64,000 nt of DNA from Deltaproteobacteria bacterium (GTDB lineage Bacteria > Myxococcota_A > Polyangia > Polyangiales > Houyiibacteriaceae), in NCBI GenBank assembly GCA_034670305.1, contig JAXMNT010000001.1:160001-224000 (forward strand), read 5' to 3'. The notes below the pieces were generated by a model, which had not been told where the DNA came from, did no database searches, and saw only the letters and a list, made by a program, of their open reading frames with translations. The stretch's first letter is position 1; each line of letters starts with the position of its first letter. This document shows, piece by piece, positions 10,289-19,846 of the stretch. The translations under genes and the position numbers were made by a program.

Positions 10289-10867
10289 ATGTCTGGAAGC
10301 AAGAAACTGTCGTGGCTCCTCCGCCACGGCGCGACCGAAGCCGGTCTCCCGATGGACCCGGCCGGCTGGGTCGACATCGCCGCGTTGCTCGCGATGCTCG
10401 ACATGAAGCGCGCCGTGCTCGATCAGATCGTCGCGGACAACACCAAGAGCCGACTTCAGGTGGAGGGCGACCGCATCCGCGCGTGCCAGGGCCACTCGTT
10501 CGGGGTGCCGGTCCAGGTCGAGGCGCTCGAGGCGAGCTGGCATCGCTACGAAGGCGCGGATCGCGTCTGGCATGGCACCTCGGTGGAGGCCGCCGAGAAG
10601 ATCGCTGCCAGCGGAGAGATCGCGCGGGGCGCCCGCACCCACGTACACCTGGCGCCGGGGCTCGAGAGTGTCGTCGGCAAACGCGCCGGCGTGCACGTCA
10701 TGCTCGGCGTGTCGGTTGCGCGGGTCCGCGCCCAGGGCCTCGAGGTGTTCGAGTCACCGAACGGCGTCGTGCTCTGCCGCGCTGTGCCGACCGGCTGCAT
10801 CGACCAAGTCGAGCCGCAGACCAAGCGCGCCAAGAAGTCGAACCTCGCCGACCTGTTTCTGCTCTGA
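10289..10867 (+). CDS. kptA: RNA 2'-phosphotransferase (Tpt1/KptA)
   Basis: SKKLSWLLRH, KSR, IRACQGHS, WHGT, RTHVHL, SPNGVVL. Confidence 0.92.
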   Translation: MSGSKKLSWLLRHGATEAGLPMDPAGWVDIAALLAMLDMKRAVLDQIVADNTKSRLQVEGDRIRACQGHSFGVPVQVEALEASWHRYEGADRVWHGTSVEAAEKIAASGEIARGARTHVHLAPGLESVVGKRAGVHVMLGVSVARVRAQGLEVFESPNGVVLCRAVPTGCIDQVEPQTKRAKKSNLADLFLL

Positions 10868-10895
10868 GAAGACGCCGGCAGGGCGTTGACTCAGA

Positions 10896-11036
10896 CCCTT
10901 GCCCTTGCCCGTGCCCGTGCCCTTGCCCGTCGGTTCCGCCCGCGTTTGCGGTCCACTTCAAGTGGATCCCCGAGCGCACCTGGAGGAGCCAAGTGCCCGA
11001 CCCGGGCAAGGGCAAGGGCAAGGGCAAGGGCAAGGG
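10896..11036. repeat. Palindromic element with (CCCTTG/CCCGTG)n and (GGGCAA)n arms
   Basis: Left arm 10896-10928 is complementary to right arm 11004-11036; lies between convergent genes. Confidence 0.8.
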
Positions 11037-11056
11037 GAGTAGTCCGCTGTCGCGGA

Positions 11057-11830
11057 CTACTCTTCGGCCGGCATCGGGGAGAACTGGACCGGAACGGGCA
11101 GCTCCCACGCTTCTTCGATTGGCACGATCTTGTCGTTCTCGTCGCGGACGCGGACCGTCAGCTCGAGCACCACGTTGCCGGGGCTCGTCGATCGCAGACC
11201 CGCGCGCAGGCCAGTGAGCGCAGGAATGACGCGCGGGATGTAGCGCATCGACCGTTCGTCGTGGGCCGACTGGTTCTGGAAGTAGACGATTTGGTTCGCG
11301 TTGGGCGCACCGTTGACGACGGTGGCCAGGTCGACAGCGATCTCGTCGAACTCTTCCTCGCGGATGGTTCCGAACCGGCGCTCGAGCGGCTCCACCCGGT
11401 AGGTGCGTTCCCAGCCCGCGTAGTCCGCGACGAGTTCTTCGTCGACGATCGCGAAGAGCGGCACGTACTCATGGAACTCACTGATCCCGTTCATCGTGAT
11501 CGTGATGTTGTGCGGCGCATCGTCCAGGTTGATGAGCACCCAGTCCACCACGATCTCGTAGTCGTGTCGCAGCACCCAGGGGTTGCGCTCCCAGGGAAGG
11601 TCTTCGCTGCCCTCGAAGAGGCCGGCCATGGCTTCTTCGCTCGGTTCCGCGATGGGCAATTCGATCCGCTGCTCGACGAGGAAGATCGCAGTGTCTTCCT
11701 CCTCGATCGCGGCCGGCGTGTCCTCCGTGATCGCGAATGTGAAGAGTCCTCCCTCACCGACGAACACCTGATCGGAACACGCGGCTCCGAACAGAAGAGC
11801 GCCGACCACCAACCAGCGTGCTTCCGACAT
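11057..11830 (-). CDS. Hypothetical lipoprotein
   Basis: Signal peptide with lipobox LLFGAAC, acidic globular body, GC3 bias. Confidence 0.8.
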   Translation of the reverse strand: MSEARWLVVGALLFGAACSDQVFVGEGGLFTFAITEDTPAAIEEEDTAIFLVEQRIELPIAEPSEEAMAGLFEGSEDLPWERNPWVLRHDYEIVVDWVLINLDDAPHNITITMNGISEFHEYVPLFAIVDEELVADYAGWERTYRVEPLERRFGTIREEEFDEIAVDLATVVNGAPNANQIVYFQNQSAHDERSMRYIPRVIPALTGLRAGLRSTSPGNVVLELTVRVRDENDKIVPIEEAWELPVPVQFSPMPAEE

Positions 11831-11879
11831 GGCCCCAGCATAGCAGTCTTGGGAGCCGGCGTCGCCGGGGGCGGTTCGG

Positions 11880-12254
11880 TCAGTGGGCGGTGAAATCGAT
11901 GTCGCCGATTTCCATGTCGAGTGCCGGCTCCGGCTCGGGTTCCATCATCATCGAACCGACCCAGATGCCGAGCACCGTCGCGAGCACGGCCACGACCGCA
12001 CCGACCACGTAGAGCAGGGGGTTCTTCTTCGCGGGCGGCGGCGCCGTGGAACCCGCGGGGGGTGCGGTCGACGGCGCGACGGAGGGGGGCGCGGAGCTGC
12101 CCCGCGGCGGCAGCGGTGGAGGAAGGCTCAGGCCGCCCTCGGCGTCTTCGTCGGCCTCGCCAGCCGCCTCGCCGTCCATGAACAGATCGGCGGACAACGC
12201 ATCCAGCTGGATCGTCTGACCTCCCCGCAGCTTCTTCGAGTCGTCGTCTGCCAT
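11880..12254 (-). CDS. Small Pro-rich protein with C-terminal TM anchor
   Basis: ATG start, acidic N-terminus, Pro-rich linker, KKNPLLYVVGAVVAVLATVLGIWVG helix. Confidence 0.75.
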   Translation of the reverse strand: MADDDSKKLRGGQTIQLDALSADLFMDGEAAGEADEDAEGGLSLPPPLPPRGSSAPPSVAPSTAPPAGSTAPPPAKKNPLLYVVGAVVAVLATVLGIWVGSMMMEPEPEPALDMEIGDIDFTAH

Positions 12255-12422
12255 CGTCTCCGCGGCCTATCGCACCACGCTCCTGAAACTCAAGCGTACC
12301 AGCGGCGCTCCACCGCGTCAGCAGATGCACACCTTCGGCTGTTTGCTCGGGCGGGACCGAACCGCGAGCGTGGTCGATTCCATGCAGATGACCCCGGCCG
12401 GCCCATGATACCGTCGGCCCGC

Positions 12423-13133
12423 ATGGAGCCAGTCGCTCGAGCGAGACGAAGGCCGATGGCGGAAGGGGGTGCAGGACTTCTTCTTCTGGCCGCCCTTCTC
12501 CTCCCCACGTTCGCCCACTCGACGGCGCACGCGCAGACCGCGGCGCCCGTCGAAGAAGAGGTCGACACCACCCGTCTGGATGTCGAGCGGCTCCCGCCGG
12601 AGGCGATTGAACTCACCCGCGATCTCTACGCCCACGGCGTGTTCATCGAGGCCTTCATGGGCGTTCGAGGGTTCATCGGCGGGGCAGGGCGCTTGTCCCG
12701 ACCGGGACCCTTCCTGCACATCGGCGCTGGCTACGAAGTCGCACGCTGGCTCTGGGTGTCGGTCGCGGCAGAGGGATCGCTCCACAAGACCGAAGCGCCG
12801 AGGCCCCCGGGTCCCGCCGTCTTCGAGGTCCTGTCGTTTCTGGCCGAGGTTCGCCTGCAAGCCAACATCGGCGCACGGGCCGCACTCTGGCTCGGCGGGG
12901 AGTTCGGAATCACCTTCGTGACCTCCGACGTGCTCACGACGTACGGACTGCAGGAAGCCAGCGAGATCGGCATCGTGTACGGCGGCCAGGTCGGCCTGGA
13001 CTGGCATCTGCGCAACCGGCACCACAGCATCGGTCTGTCGGGCGGCGCCCGCGTCCATCCCGGACTCGAAGGGCTCGATGGCGAAATCGCGATCGGCGTG
13101 CACGGCACGCTCTACCTTCGCTACGTGTTCTGA
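12423..13133 (+). CDS. Putative outer-membrane beta-barrel protein
   Basis: Signal peptide ending AHA-Q, alternating beta strands, C-terminal LYLRYVF Bam-type signal. Confidence 0.7.
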   Translation: MEPVARARRRPMAEGGAGLLLLAALLLPTFAHSTAHAQTAAPVEEEVDTTRLDVERLPPEAIELTRDLYAHGVFIEAFMGVRGFIGGAGRLSRPGPFLHIGAGYEVARWLWVSVAAEGSLHKTEAPRPPGPAVFEVLSFLAEVRLQANIGARAALWLGGEFGITFVTSDVLTTYGLQEASEIGIVYGGQVGLDWHLRNRHHSIGLSGGARVHPGLEGLDGEIAIGVHGTLYLRYVF

Positions 13134-13232
13134 ACCTGCGTTCGAAGCTGTGATCTGAACCCGCGTTCTGAACCTGCGTTCTGAACCCGCGTTCTGAAAC
13201 CTGCGATTTGAACCGTGCGTTCTGAACGTGCG
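13127..13232. repeat. Degenerate ~13-bp tandem repeat (GTTCTGAACCYGC), about 8 units
   Basis: gttctgaacctgc / gatctgaacccgc / gttctgaacctgc / gttctgaacccgc / gttctgaaacctgc ... Confidence 0.85.
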
Positions 13233-13285
13233 CTGAAGTCCGCGTTGAGGCGCCCCCAGCGCGCGCACCCTGCTAACCTCCAGAC

Positions 13286-14449
13286 TTGGCCAACATCGGC
13301 TACCTCCAAGTCGTCCGGCACTGCAACCACCTGTGTGGGTTCTGCAGCAACCCGACCACGCCGTACGAACACGACTTCGACTCCATGAAGGTGCTCGTCG
13401 ACGATTTCGTCGCGCGCGACTACTTCGGCATCATTCTCACCGGCGGCGAACCCACGCTGCACGCAGACCTGCCGCGGATCGCGGAGTACGCGCGCGGTCG
13501 CGGCCTGCACGTTCGGATGATCACGAACGGCAGCCGCCTCGCCGACCCGAAGTTCGCGCGCTCCATGGCGGACGCTGGGCTGCAGCTGGTTCACATCAGC
13601 GTGTACAGCGTGCGGCCCGAGGTCGAAGCCGAGCTGCGCGGCACACCGGACACGTTGCCGAAGGCGTTCGCGGCGGCGGATGCGGCGCACGACGCCGGCA
13701 TCGAGGTGAACATCAACTGCGTCATCAACGCGATGAACGCGGATCACCTCGACGAAGGGGTGCGGCACTGGATGCGCCACCATCCCTACATCCGCCACTT
13801 CGTGTGGAACAACCTCGATCCATCGATGGGCCGGGCGGAGGTGAACCAAGACAAGTTCACGCCGAAGCTCGCCGACTTCGAGGTCAGCCTGCACCGCGCG
13901 CTGCGGCTGCTCCACAAGAGCGGGCGCACCTTCCGGGTGGAGAAGGTGCCGCTCTGTTTCATGACCGACTTCGCGTGGGCGAGTACCGAGACGCGCAAGA
14001 TCATCAAGGGCGAGGAGCGCATCGTGTTCTTCCTCGATCAGAAACAAGCGGTGAGGCAGACCGACTGGGAACACGTCTACGCCGAGGGCTGCGGCGTCTG
14101 TTCGCTGCGGACCATCTGCGGCGGCTTGTTCGATCGAGGCAACGGCTACGACCCGGCGGAGCTCGAACCGGTGTTCGTCGATCGCGATCAGATCGCGCGG
14201 TTGGTGATCGAAGACCCGTCGGACCCGTCCTACGGGCTGCGCAACTTGGATGCCTGGCGGGCGGACTTCGAGCAGCGGATCGCACGCGCGCAAAAGACGC
14301 GCTCGTTGCCGGTGCTTCCCGATGCACCCCAGGTCGGAAAACGCACCGAACGCGCCGAACGGCGCTTTGAAGCCAAACGCGCGTCGGAGAGCCGCAAGGC
14401 GGTCTCGCAGGGCATCGAGATGGAAAAGGTCGACGAACCCGAGGTCTAG
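13286..14449 (+). CDS. Radical SAM protein with SPASM/twitch-like C-terminal Cys cluster
   Basis: CNHLCGFC, LTGGEPTL, MITNG, CGVCSLRTICGG; TTG start. Confidence 0.9.
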   Translation: MANIGYLQVVRHCNHLCGFCSNPTTPYEHDFDSMKVLVDDFVARDYFGIILTGGEPTLHADLPRIAEYARGRGLHVRMITNGSRLADPKFARSMADAGLQLVHISVYSVRPEVEAELRGTPDTLPKAFAAADAAHDAGIEVNINCVINAMNADHLDEGVRHWMRHHPYIRHFVWNNLDPSMGRAEVNQDKFTPKLADFEVSLHRALRLLHKSGRTFRVEKVPLCFMTDFAWASTETRKIIKGEERIVFFLDQKQAVRQTDWEHVYAEGCGVCSLRTICGGLFDRGNGYDPAELEPVFVDRDQIARLVIEDPSDPSYGLRNLDAWRADFEQRIARAQKTRSLPVLPDAPQVGKRTERAERRFEAKRASESRKAVSQGIEMEKVDEPEV

Positions 14450-14860
14450 CAGGCTGCTGAAGAACGCCCGTAGGGCGTTCTCGCAGCCTGCCCCTTGCCC
14501 CTGCCCTTGCCTTTGCCCTTGCCCGCGGATCAGCGGTCAGATCGCTTGATCAGCGCGACGAGCATCGCGACGACCTGCTCGAGGTGCGGGGTTTGGGGGC
14601 TGTGCCCCCAAGAAATATCGAGGCAGACGCAAGACACAGTTCGCCGCCTACCTGGCCGGCGCCGCATACAACCTCCTACGCGTCGCGCGGCTACGGAGCT
14701 GCGCCGCGTAGCACCGACCGATGCCCGGCGGCTTCGTCCGCTGGGCATCGGGCTCCGATTCGCGGCCTCGCCGTCGCGAAACACACGGCGTCCGCGACGC
14801 GGGCAAGGGCACGGGCAAGGGCAACGGCAAGGGAGCAGGTCGCTTTTCAGCGACCTGCTA
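14447..14860. mobile_element. MITE-like non-coding element with imperfect terminal inverted repeats and hexamer arms
   Basis: Left end TAGCAGGCTGCTGAAGAA versus reverse complement of right end TAGCAGGTCGCTGAAAAG; inner (CCCTTG)n at 14492-14524 and (GGGCAA)n at 14801-14833. Confidence 0.55.
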
Positions 14861-15105
14861 CGAATGGCTTACAGCCGTCCTTTGGCGGGGTGCAAAACCA
14901 CCTTCGACCCTGGTCCACGCAATCACAGACGATCCAAACCGGTCGGCGCTGGGCTGTGACGCGGCGCGTTGGAGTGGTGCGTCATTGTTCTTGACGCGAT
15001 GCGTCACTGGCGGTATCTCTTCGGAGTCAGGCATCGACCCTCCACAGATTGGTGCCTGGCGGAGCTCGTCTCCAAAACACCCCAAAACCCCCAGCTGACA
15101 CCCCG

Positions 15106-15141
15106 GCCCTGCAGGGGAACACCCGTGTTCCTCTGCAGGGC
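15106..15141. terminator. Strong hairpin immediately downstream of rsgA
   Basis: gccctgcaggggaacac-cc-gtgttcctctgcagggc; no clear U-tract. Confidence 0.45.
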
Positions 15142-15142
15142 G

Positions 15143-16084
15143 TCAGCGCTCTTCGTCGTCGAAGATGCGGCAGTAGGACTCGTAGCGGTCGGGGTGGATC
15201 TCGCCCCGCTCCAGTGCTTCTTTGATCGCGCAGCGGGGCTCTTTGCGGTGCGCGCAATCCCGGTACCCGCACTGCCCGAGGTGGGCGCGGAACTCTGGGA
15301 AACAGTCGTCGAGGGCCGCGTCCGGCAACTTCCAGGCGCCCAGCTCTCGAATCCCTGGGGTGTCCGCGAGCCAACCGTCTGCCACCCGGTGCAAGGTCGC
15401 GACACGCGTGGTGTGTCGGCCCTTGCCATGCGCCGCGCTGATCTCCGCCACCCGAATGTCGAGTGAGGCATCGAGCGCGTTGGCCAGGCTGCTCTTGCCG
15501 GCCCCGCTCGGCCCGGCCAGCGCGGAGATCTTTCCGTCGAGGAGAGACCGCAACGGTCCGAGGCCTTCGCCTTTGGTCGCGCAGGTCGGCAACACCGGGT
15601 AGCCGATGGTGGTGTAGCGTGCGAAGAGCGCTTCGCTCTCGGGGGTGCGCACATCGGTCTTGTTCGCCACGACGATCGCATCGAGTTCGTTGTGCTCGGC
15701 GATCACCAAGAACCGGTCGAGCATCTTGGGATGGAACGGTGGATCGCTGTGTCCGAAGACCACGACCAACTGGTCGAGGTTCGCCACCAGCACGTCCTCG
15801 CGGTACCGGCCGCCGCGTCCCGGGTGACGGCGCGAGAACACGCTCCGCCGGTCCAAGACCTTGACGATCACCGCCTCGAATCCTTCGTTCGCATCGCCGA
15901 GTTCCTCGGGCCGCTCGATGCGCACCTGGTCGCCGATCACACAGAGGTCGGTCTTCTTCTCCACCCGCTTGAGTCGGCCGCGCATCTTGCACCGCACGAC
16001 GGCGCCATCGGCGAGGGACACGTCGAAGAAGCCGCCCGTCGCGAGCACGACGATGCCTTCTTCTGGGGTGGCGTCTTTGGACAC
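15143..16084 (-). CDS. rsgA: Ribosome small subunit-dependent GTPase A
   Basis: OB fold, ANLDQ, circularly permuted NKTD, GPSGAGKSS, GRHTT, DTPG, C-terminal CGYRDCAHRKEPRC zinc site. Confidence 0.95.
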   Translation of the reverse strand: MSKDATPEEGIVVLATGGFFDVSLADGAVVRCKMRGRLKRVEKKTDLCVIGDQVRIERPEELGDANEGFEAVIVKVLDRRSVFSRRHPGRGGRYREDVLVANLDQLVVVFGHSDPPFHPKMLDRFLVIAEHNELDAIVVANKTDVRTPESEALFARYTTIGYPVLPTCATKGEGLGPLRSLLDGKISALAGPSGAGKSSLANALDASLDIRVAEISAAHGKGRHTTRVATLHRVADGWLADTPGIRELGAWKLPDAALDDCFPEFRAHLGQCGYRDCAHRKEPRCAIKEALERGEIHPDRYESYCRIFDDEER

Positions 16085-16134
16085 GCGCGGAGGGTGGGTC
16101 TGCGCCGAGCCATGCGCAACCTCGCCACGGCTTC

Positions 16135-17532
16135 TTACTCGCTGCTGGCGCTCGGTGTATTGCGCGGGAGCACCGGCTGGTCGTTCGCGGGTTTGCTGCG
16201 CAGCGCGAAGTACAAGAGCACGGCGGCCGCGAGCCACGCGAAGATGCCGATCCCGATCACCACGTACGCCCGACCGCGGGCCCGCTTGTCGGCGGGCGCG
16301 GGCAGATCGGTGCGGCCAGGAGAAGGCTCGGGGTCCACCGGCTTCCCGATCACCGCGGTCGAGAGGTCGCGTTGCGGCTTCTTCTCTTTCTTGTCGGGCA
16401 ACGTCTCGCGCTTCTCGTCCGAGCGCGACGGCGGCGGCACGGTCGAGGTCGGCGCCCCCGAGGTCGGCAACCCGAGCACCCGGGAGCGTTCGTCGGTCGG
16501 GCGGTGCAGCGGAATGAGCCGCGAGCTCGATCTCGAGGGCTGCACCATGAGGGCACGGTCCTTGGCCTGGGCCCGCTTCAGCTCTTCCTGAATCTTGCGG
16601 AGCGAGGGGCCGCCGTGCTGCTGCACGAACGCCGCCATCTTGCGCGGGCTCGGACGGTCCGGGACCGCGTCGCGCAGCGCCCGCGCATAACGCGCGGCGG
16701 TCGGACACCGTTTGTCGGGATCCCGCTCAAGTGCCCACATCACGATCCGCTCGAGTTCTTTCGGCACGTCGGGCCGCAACTCGCGCGGCGACGGAATCGG
16801 CAAGTCGCGCACGCGCTGCACGGTCTCGAGTGGGTCGCCGGTGTTGAACAAGCTCCGCCCGGTGAGCGCCTCCCAGGTCACGACGCCGGCGGCAAAGACA
16901 TCGGACCGCCGATCGAGCGGCTGACCGCGCGACTGCTCTGGGCTCAGGTACGCCACCTTGCCCTTGAGCTGTCCGACCTGTGTCTTGGTGCTTCGCATGA
17001 CCGCGCGCGCGATCCCGAAATCGGTGACCCGCACCCGGCCGTCCGCGCCAACGAGCAAGTTCTGCGGCGACACATCGCGGTGCACGACCTGAAGTGCCTG
17101 ACCGGTCGGGGTCGTCGCGTTGTGGGCGTCGTCCAGCCCGCGCGCCGCTTGGGCGAGGGCCTCCGCCACGAACGGAACCGGCAGCGCACCGAGCGTGCTG
17201 TCGAGCACCGCCACGCAGATCTCGTAGAGCGTCACGCCCACGACCAGCTCCATCACGATGTAGAGCGCGCCGTCGTCCTCGTGCCGTCCGAGCTCGAGCG
17301 TCTGCACGACGTGTGGGCTGGTGATGTTCGCCGCGAGCCGCGCTTCGTCCTGGAACATCGTGACGAACTGTTCGTCGGCGAGGTCCGGCAGCAGCCGTTT
17401 GATCGCCACGAGCTTTTCGAAGCCGTGCGGTCCGCGGAGCCGGGCTGCGAACACTTCGGCCATGCCGCCGCTCGCGATGTGAAAGAGCGCCTCGTATCGC
17501 CCGAATGTGAGAGGAGCTTCGGCGGACGCCAC
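16135..17532 (-). CDS. Ser/Thr protein kinase with C-terminal TM segment
   Basis: GGMAEV, VAIKR, HRDVSPQN, DFGIAR, GKVAYLSPEQ. Confidence 0.93.
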   Translation of the reverse strand: MASAEAPLTFGRYEALFHIASGGMAEVFAARLRGPHGFEKLVAIKRLLPDLADEQFVTMFQDEARLAANITSPHVVQTLELGRHEDDGALYIVMELVVGVTLYEICVAVLDSTLGALPVPFVAEALAQAARGLDDAHNATTPTGQALQVVHRDVSPQNLLVGADGRVRVTDFGIARAVMRSTKTQVGQLKGKVAYLSPEQSRGQPLDRRSDVFAAGVVTWEALTGRSLFNTGDPLETVQRVRDLPIPSPRELRPDVPKELERIVMWALERDPDKRCPTAARYARALRDAVPDRPSPRKMAAFVQQHGGPSLRKIQEELKRAQAKDRALMVQPSRSSSRLIPLHRPTDERSRVLGLPTSGAPTSTVPPPSRSDEKRETLPDKKEKKPQRDLSTAVIGKPVDPEPSPGRTDLPAPADKRARGRAYVVIGIGIFAWLAAAVLLYFALRSKPANDQPVLPRNTPSASSE

Positions 17533-17654
17533 GCGCGCATCCTACTCGCTTTTCTCTCGCGTCCTAGGTCGAACCGCGCCCGTCCGACCATCGCGTGCCA
17601 CTTCGAGGTGGGGCAAAACCATCCGCAACCGGTGGAACCACGTATACTCCGGCC

Positions 17655-18434
17655 ATGTTCGTTTTGCTTGGCACTCGACCATTCTCGAGCTGTGCTCTCT
17701 TGTTGACCCTCGGGGTCGTGCTCTGCGCCTACCAGCCGCGCGCAGAGGCCCAGAGCGACACGCCTCCGTTCGAGGGTCCGGTCGGGGAGGCGAGCCGCGA
17801 AGGGCTGTCGCAAGCCCGCGATCTGTTCGTCCAGGGCACCAACGACGCGGAGGCCGGCCGTTGGGCGGATGCCTTGCATGCGTTCGCCGAGGCGTACCGA
17901 CTCAGCGGCATTGCCGCCGCGCTCTACAACGCGGCCACCACCCTGCGTTCCATCGGGCGCTACCGGCACGCCCGCGATGCGTTCGACCAGCTGCTCGAAT
18001 CTCATCCGGACCTCGCAGACGAAATGCGTGAGTCCGCGCGCTCGCTCCGAAGAGAGGTGGCGCGCCGCGTGGCCATCCTGACCGTGGACGATCTGCCGGA
18101 GGATCCGGAGTTGCGGTTGCGGCTCGATGGAACCCCTCGTCCGGACACTGGTGCCCGCCCCTTGGACCTCGAGACCGATGGTGGGCAACACAGCCTCCGG
18201 GTCGAACGGGAAGGGTTCGAGCCCTTCCTCTGGGAGGGCCGCATCAACGACGGCGACCGGGTCCGCGTGCCCGCCGTGTTCGTCGAGCTTCCCGAACTCG
18301 AGGGATCCAACGTCGGACGGATCATCATCTTCATCGCGGTGGGCCTGGCCCTCGTGGCGGGCGGCGTGACCCTGGGATTGCTCCTGCGGGAAGAAGGTCT
18401 CTCCCCGAACTCGATGAACGTGGTGGAGCTGTGA
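17655..18434 (+). CDS. Secreted TPR + PEGA-like protein with C-terminal TM
   Basis: Signal peptide, ARDLFVQG...ALYNAA TPR helices, GQHSLRVEREGFEPF, terminal hydrophobic helix. Confidence 0.8.
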   Translation: MFVLLGTRPFSSCALLLTLGVVLCAYQPRAEAQSDTPPFEGPVGEASREGLSQARDLFVQGTNDAEAGRWADALHAFAEAYRLSGIAAALYNAATTLRSIGRYRHARDAFDQLLESHPDLADEMRESARSLRREVARRVAILTVDDLPEDPELRLRLDGTPRPDTGARPLDLETDGGQHSLRVEREGFEPFLWEGRINDGDRVRVPAVFVELPELEGSNVGRIIIFIAVGLALVAGGVTLGLLLREEGLSPNSMNVVEL

Positions 18435-18994
18435 GGCGCTTCATCACGACGACGCGCTTTGCGATGCGCTCTGCCTGGCTCTCGCTGGCGGCGCTCTTGG
18501 CCTTCGGTTCCCTTGGTTCGGGATGCACCGACAACGCGGTGCTCGAGCTCGAGGTCGACCTGCCGGCGAACACGACCGGCGCGGACCTCTACGCGTTCAT
18601 CCAGGTCCGCACAGATGAACTCGGCTTCGATGTGCCGTGGTCCGGCGCGGACCCTGTCGATGGGTTTCTGCTCTCGCCGACCGAACGCACCACCCAGCCG
18701 ATCAGCATCGTCGCGGACGCGGCGGACTTCGAACGCGATGTGAGGGTGCGTGCGACGTTCTGCAGCGCGCCGCGCTGCGACGGCTTCGGCGACGACCGCG
18801 CCGCCGAGAGCCGCCTCGAGATCGAACACCCGTTCTACTCGCTCAGCCGGACGAATGTGGTCTGGCGCATCGAGTCCGTGCCGGCGATGACGGACCCGGC
18901 GCCGGTGTTCGTGGAGCGCTGTTCGGTCGCGGGTTGCCGCGATGGCACGACGAGCGATCACTGCCGGATGGACGGCACCCACTTCTGCGAGTGA
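18431..18994 (+). CDS. Hypothetical Cys-rich lipoprotein
   Basis: Lipobox LGSGC, paired cysteines, start overlaps the upstream stop. Confidence 0.75.
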   Translation: MRRFITTTRFAMRSAWLSLAALLAFGSLGSGCTDNAVLELEVDLPANTTGADLYAFIQVRTDELGFDVPWSGADPVDGFLLSPTERTTQPISIVADAADFERDVRVRATFCSAPRCDGFGDDRAAESRLEIEHPFYSLSRTNVVWRIESVPAMTDPAPVFVERCSVAGCRDGTTSDHCRMDGTHFCE

Positions 18995-19010
18995 GTTCGT
19001 GAGCGAAGCA

Positions 19011-19475
19011 ATGCCCAAGAGCCCGCGCCTCTCGTTGACGGAGTCGACGGAGATCGTCTTGCCGCAGCACACCAACGCGATCGGCACGGCGTTCGGTGGA
19101 ACCATCATGTCGTGGATCGACATCTGCGCGGCCGTGAGCGCGCAGCGTCACTGTGGTCGGGTGGCGGTCACCGCGAGCGTCGACGCGCTCGAGTTCACGG
19201 CGCCGATCCGCCTCGGCGACGTCGTGATCCTCCACGCCCGCATCAACGCCGTGTTCCGCACTTCCATGGAGGTCGCGTGCAGCGTGCATCGGGAAATCAC
19301 CGAGACCGGCGAACGCATCCTCTGCGCCGAAGCATTGCTGACCTTCGTGAACATCGGACCCGACGGGCGACCGGCCGGCATCGTCCCGCTCGCGGTCGAG
19401 ACCGAAGACGACGCCGCCCGCGCCAAAGCCGCCGTCGAACGTCGGGCCTTCCGGCTGTCCCAGAAACACCGCTGA
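19011..19475 (+). CDS. Acyl-CoA thioesterase (hotdog fold, YciA-like)
   Basis: VLPQHTNAIGTAFGGTIMSWID, VTASVD, FRTSMEV, LTFVNI. Confidence 0.92.
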   Translation: MPKSPRLSLTESTEIVLPQHTNAIGTAFGGTIMSWIDICAAVSAQRHCGRVAVTASVDALEFTAPIRLGDVVILHARINAVFRTSMEVACSVHREITETGERILCAEALLTFVNIGPDGRPAGIVPLAVETEDDAARAKAAVERRAFRLSQKHR

Positions 19476-19582
19476 GGGGCCTCGCGGCTGCGCCTCGCCA
19501 ACGACTGCGGACCGTGCGGTCTCGACCCAGGGCGTCTCCGCCGCGTAGTGCACGCCAACCCGGTCCTGACCGAAGCAAGCGA

Positions 19583-19774
19583 GCGCCACCTGCTGCGGGG
19601 ACGGAGGGCGCCGGAGTTTCGGTGTAGCCAATAGGGCGGCGGGGTTCCGGCAGGGAAGGGTTCCGTCGACAGAGTCGGCCGCGCGGCGCGACGGTGGGGC
19701 TTGTTTGCCAATGCAGCATGCTGCTGCACCGGATTGAACTGCCGTGTTCGGGGTTCCGCCGTTCGCTGCCCGGC
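19583..19774. repeat. Left arm of ~190-bp imperfect inverted repeat flanking the transposase
   Basis: Shares ggtgtagccaatagggcggcggggttccggc, tttgccaatgcagcatgctgctgcacc and ttgaactgccgtgttcg with the reverse complement of 20656-20846. Confidence 0.9.
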
Positions 19775-19846
19775 GGGCGGCACAAAGCGCAGCGTCCGAC
19801 CCGCGTCGCCGGTGCTCAGAAAGTGGCTGCGCAAGCGACAAAGTAC

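Noticed and set aside
13127-13232. Possible CRISPR array
   Set aside because: Units are ~13 bp and contiguous with no unique spacers, and there are no cas genes in the window
14861-15105. Lower-GC intergenic stretch with small palindromes, possible sRNA or element remnant
   Set aside because: No second copy, ORF or recognisable motif to support a call
19612-19690. tRNA-like start (ggtgtagccaa) in the RAYT arm
   Set aside because: No T-loop GTTCRA in the right position, and no cloverleaf or acceptor stem could be built
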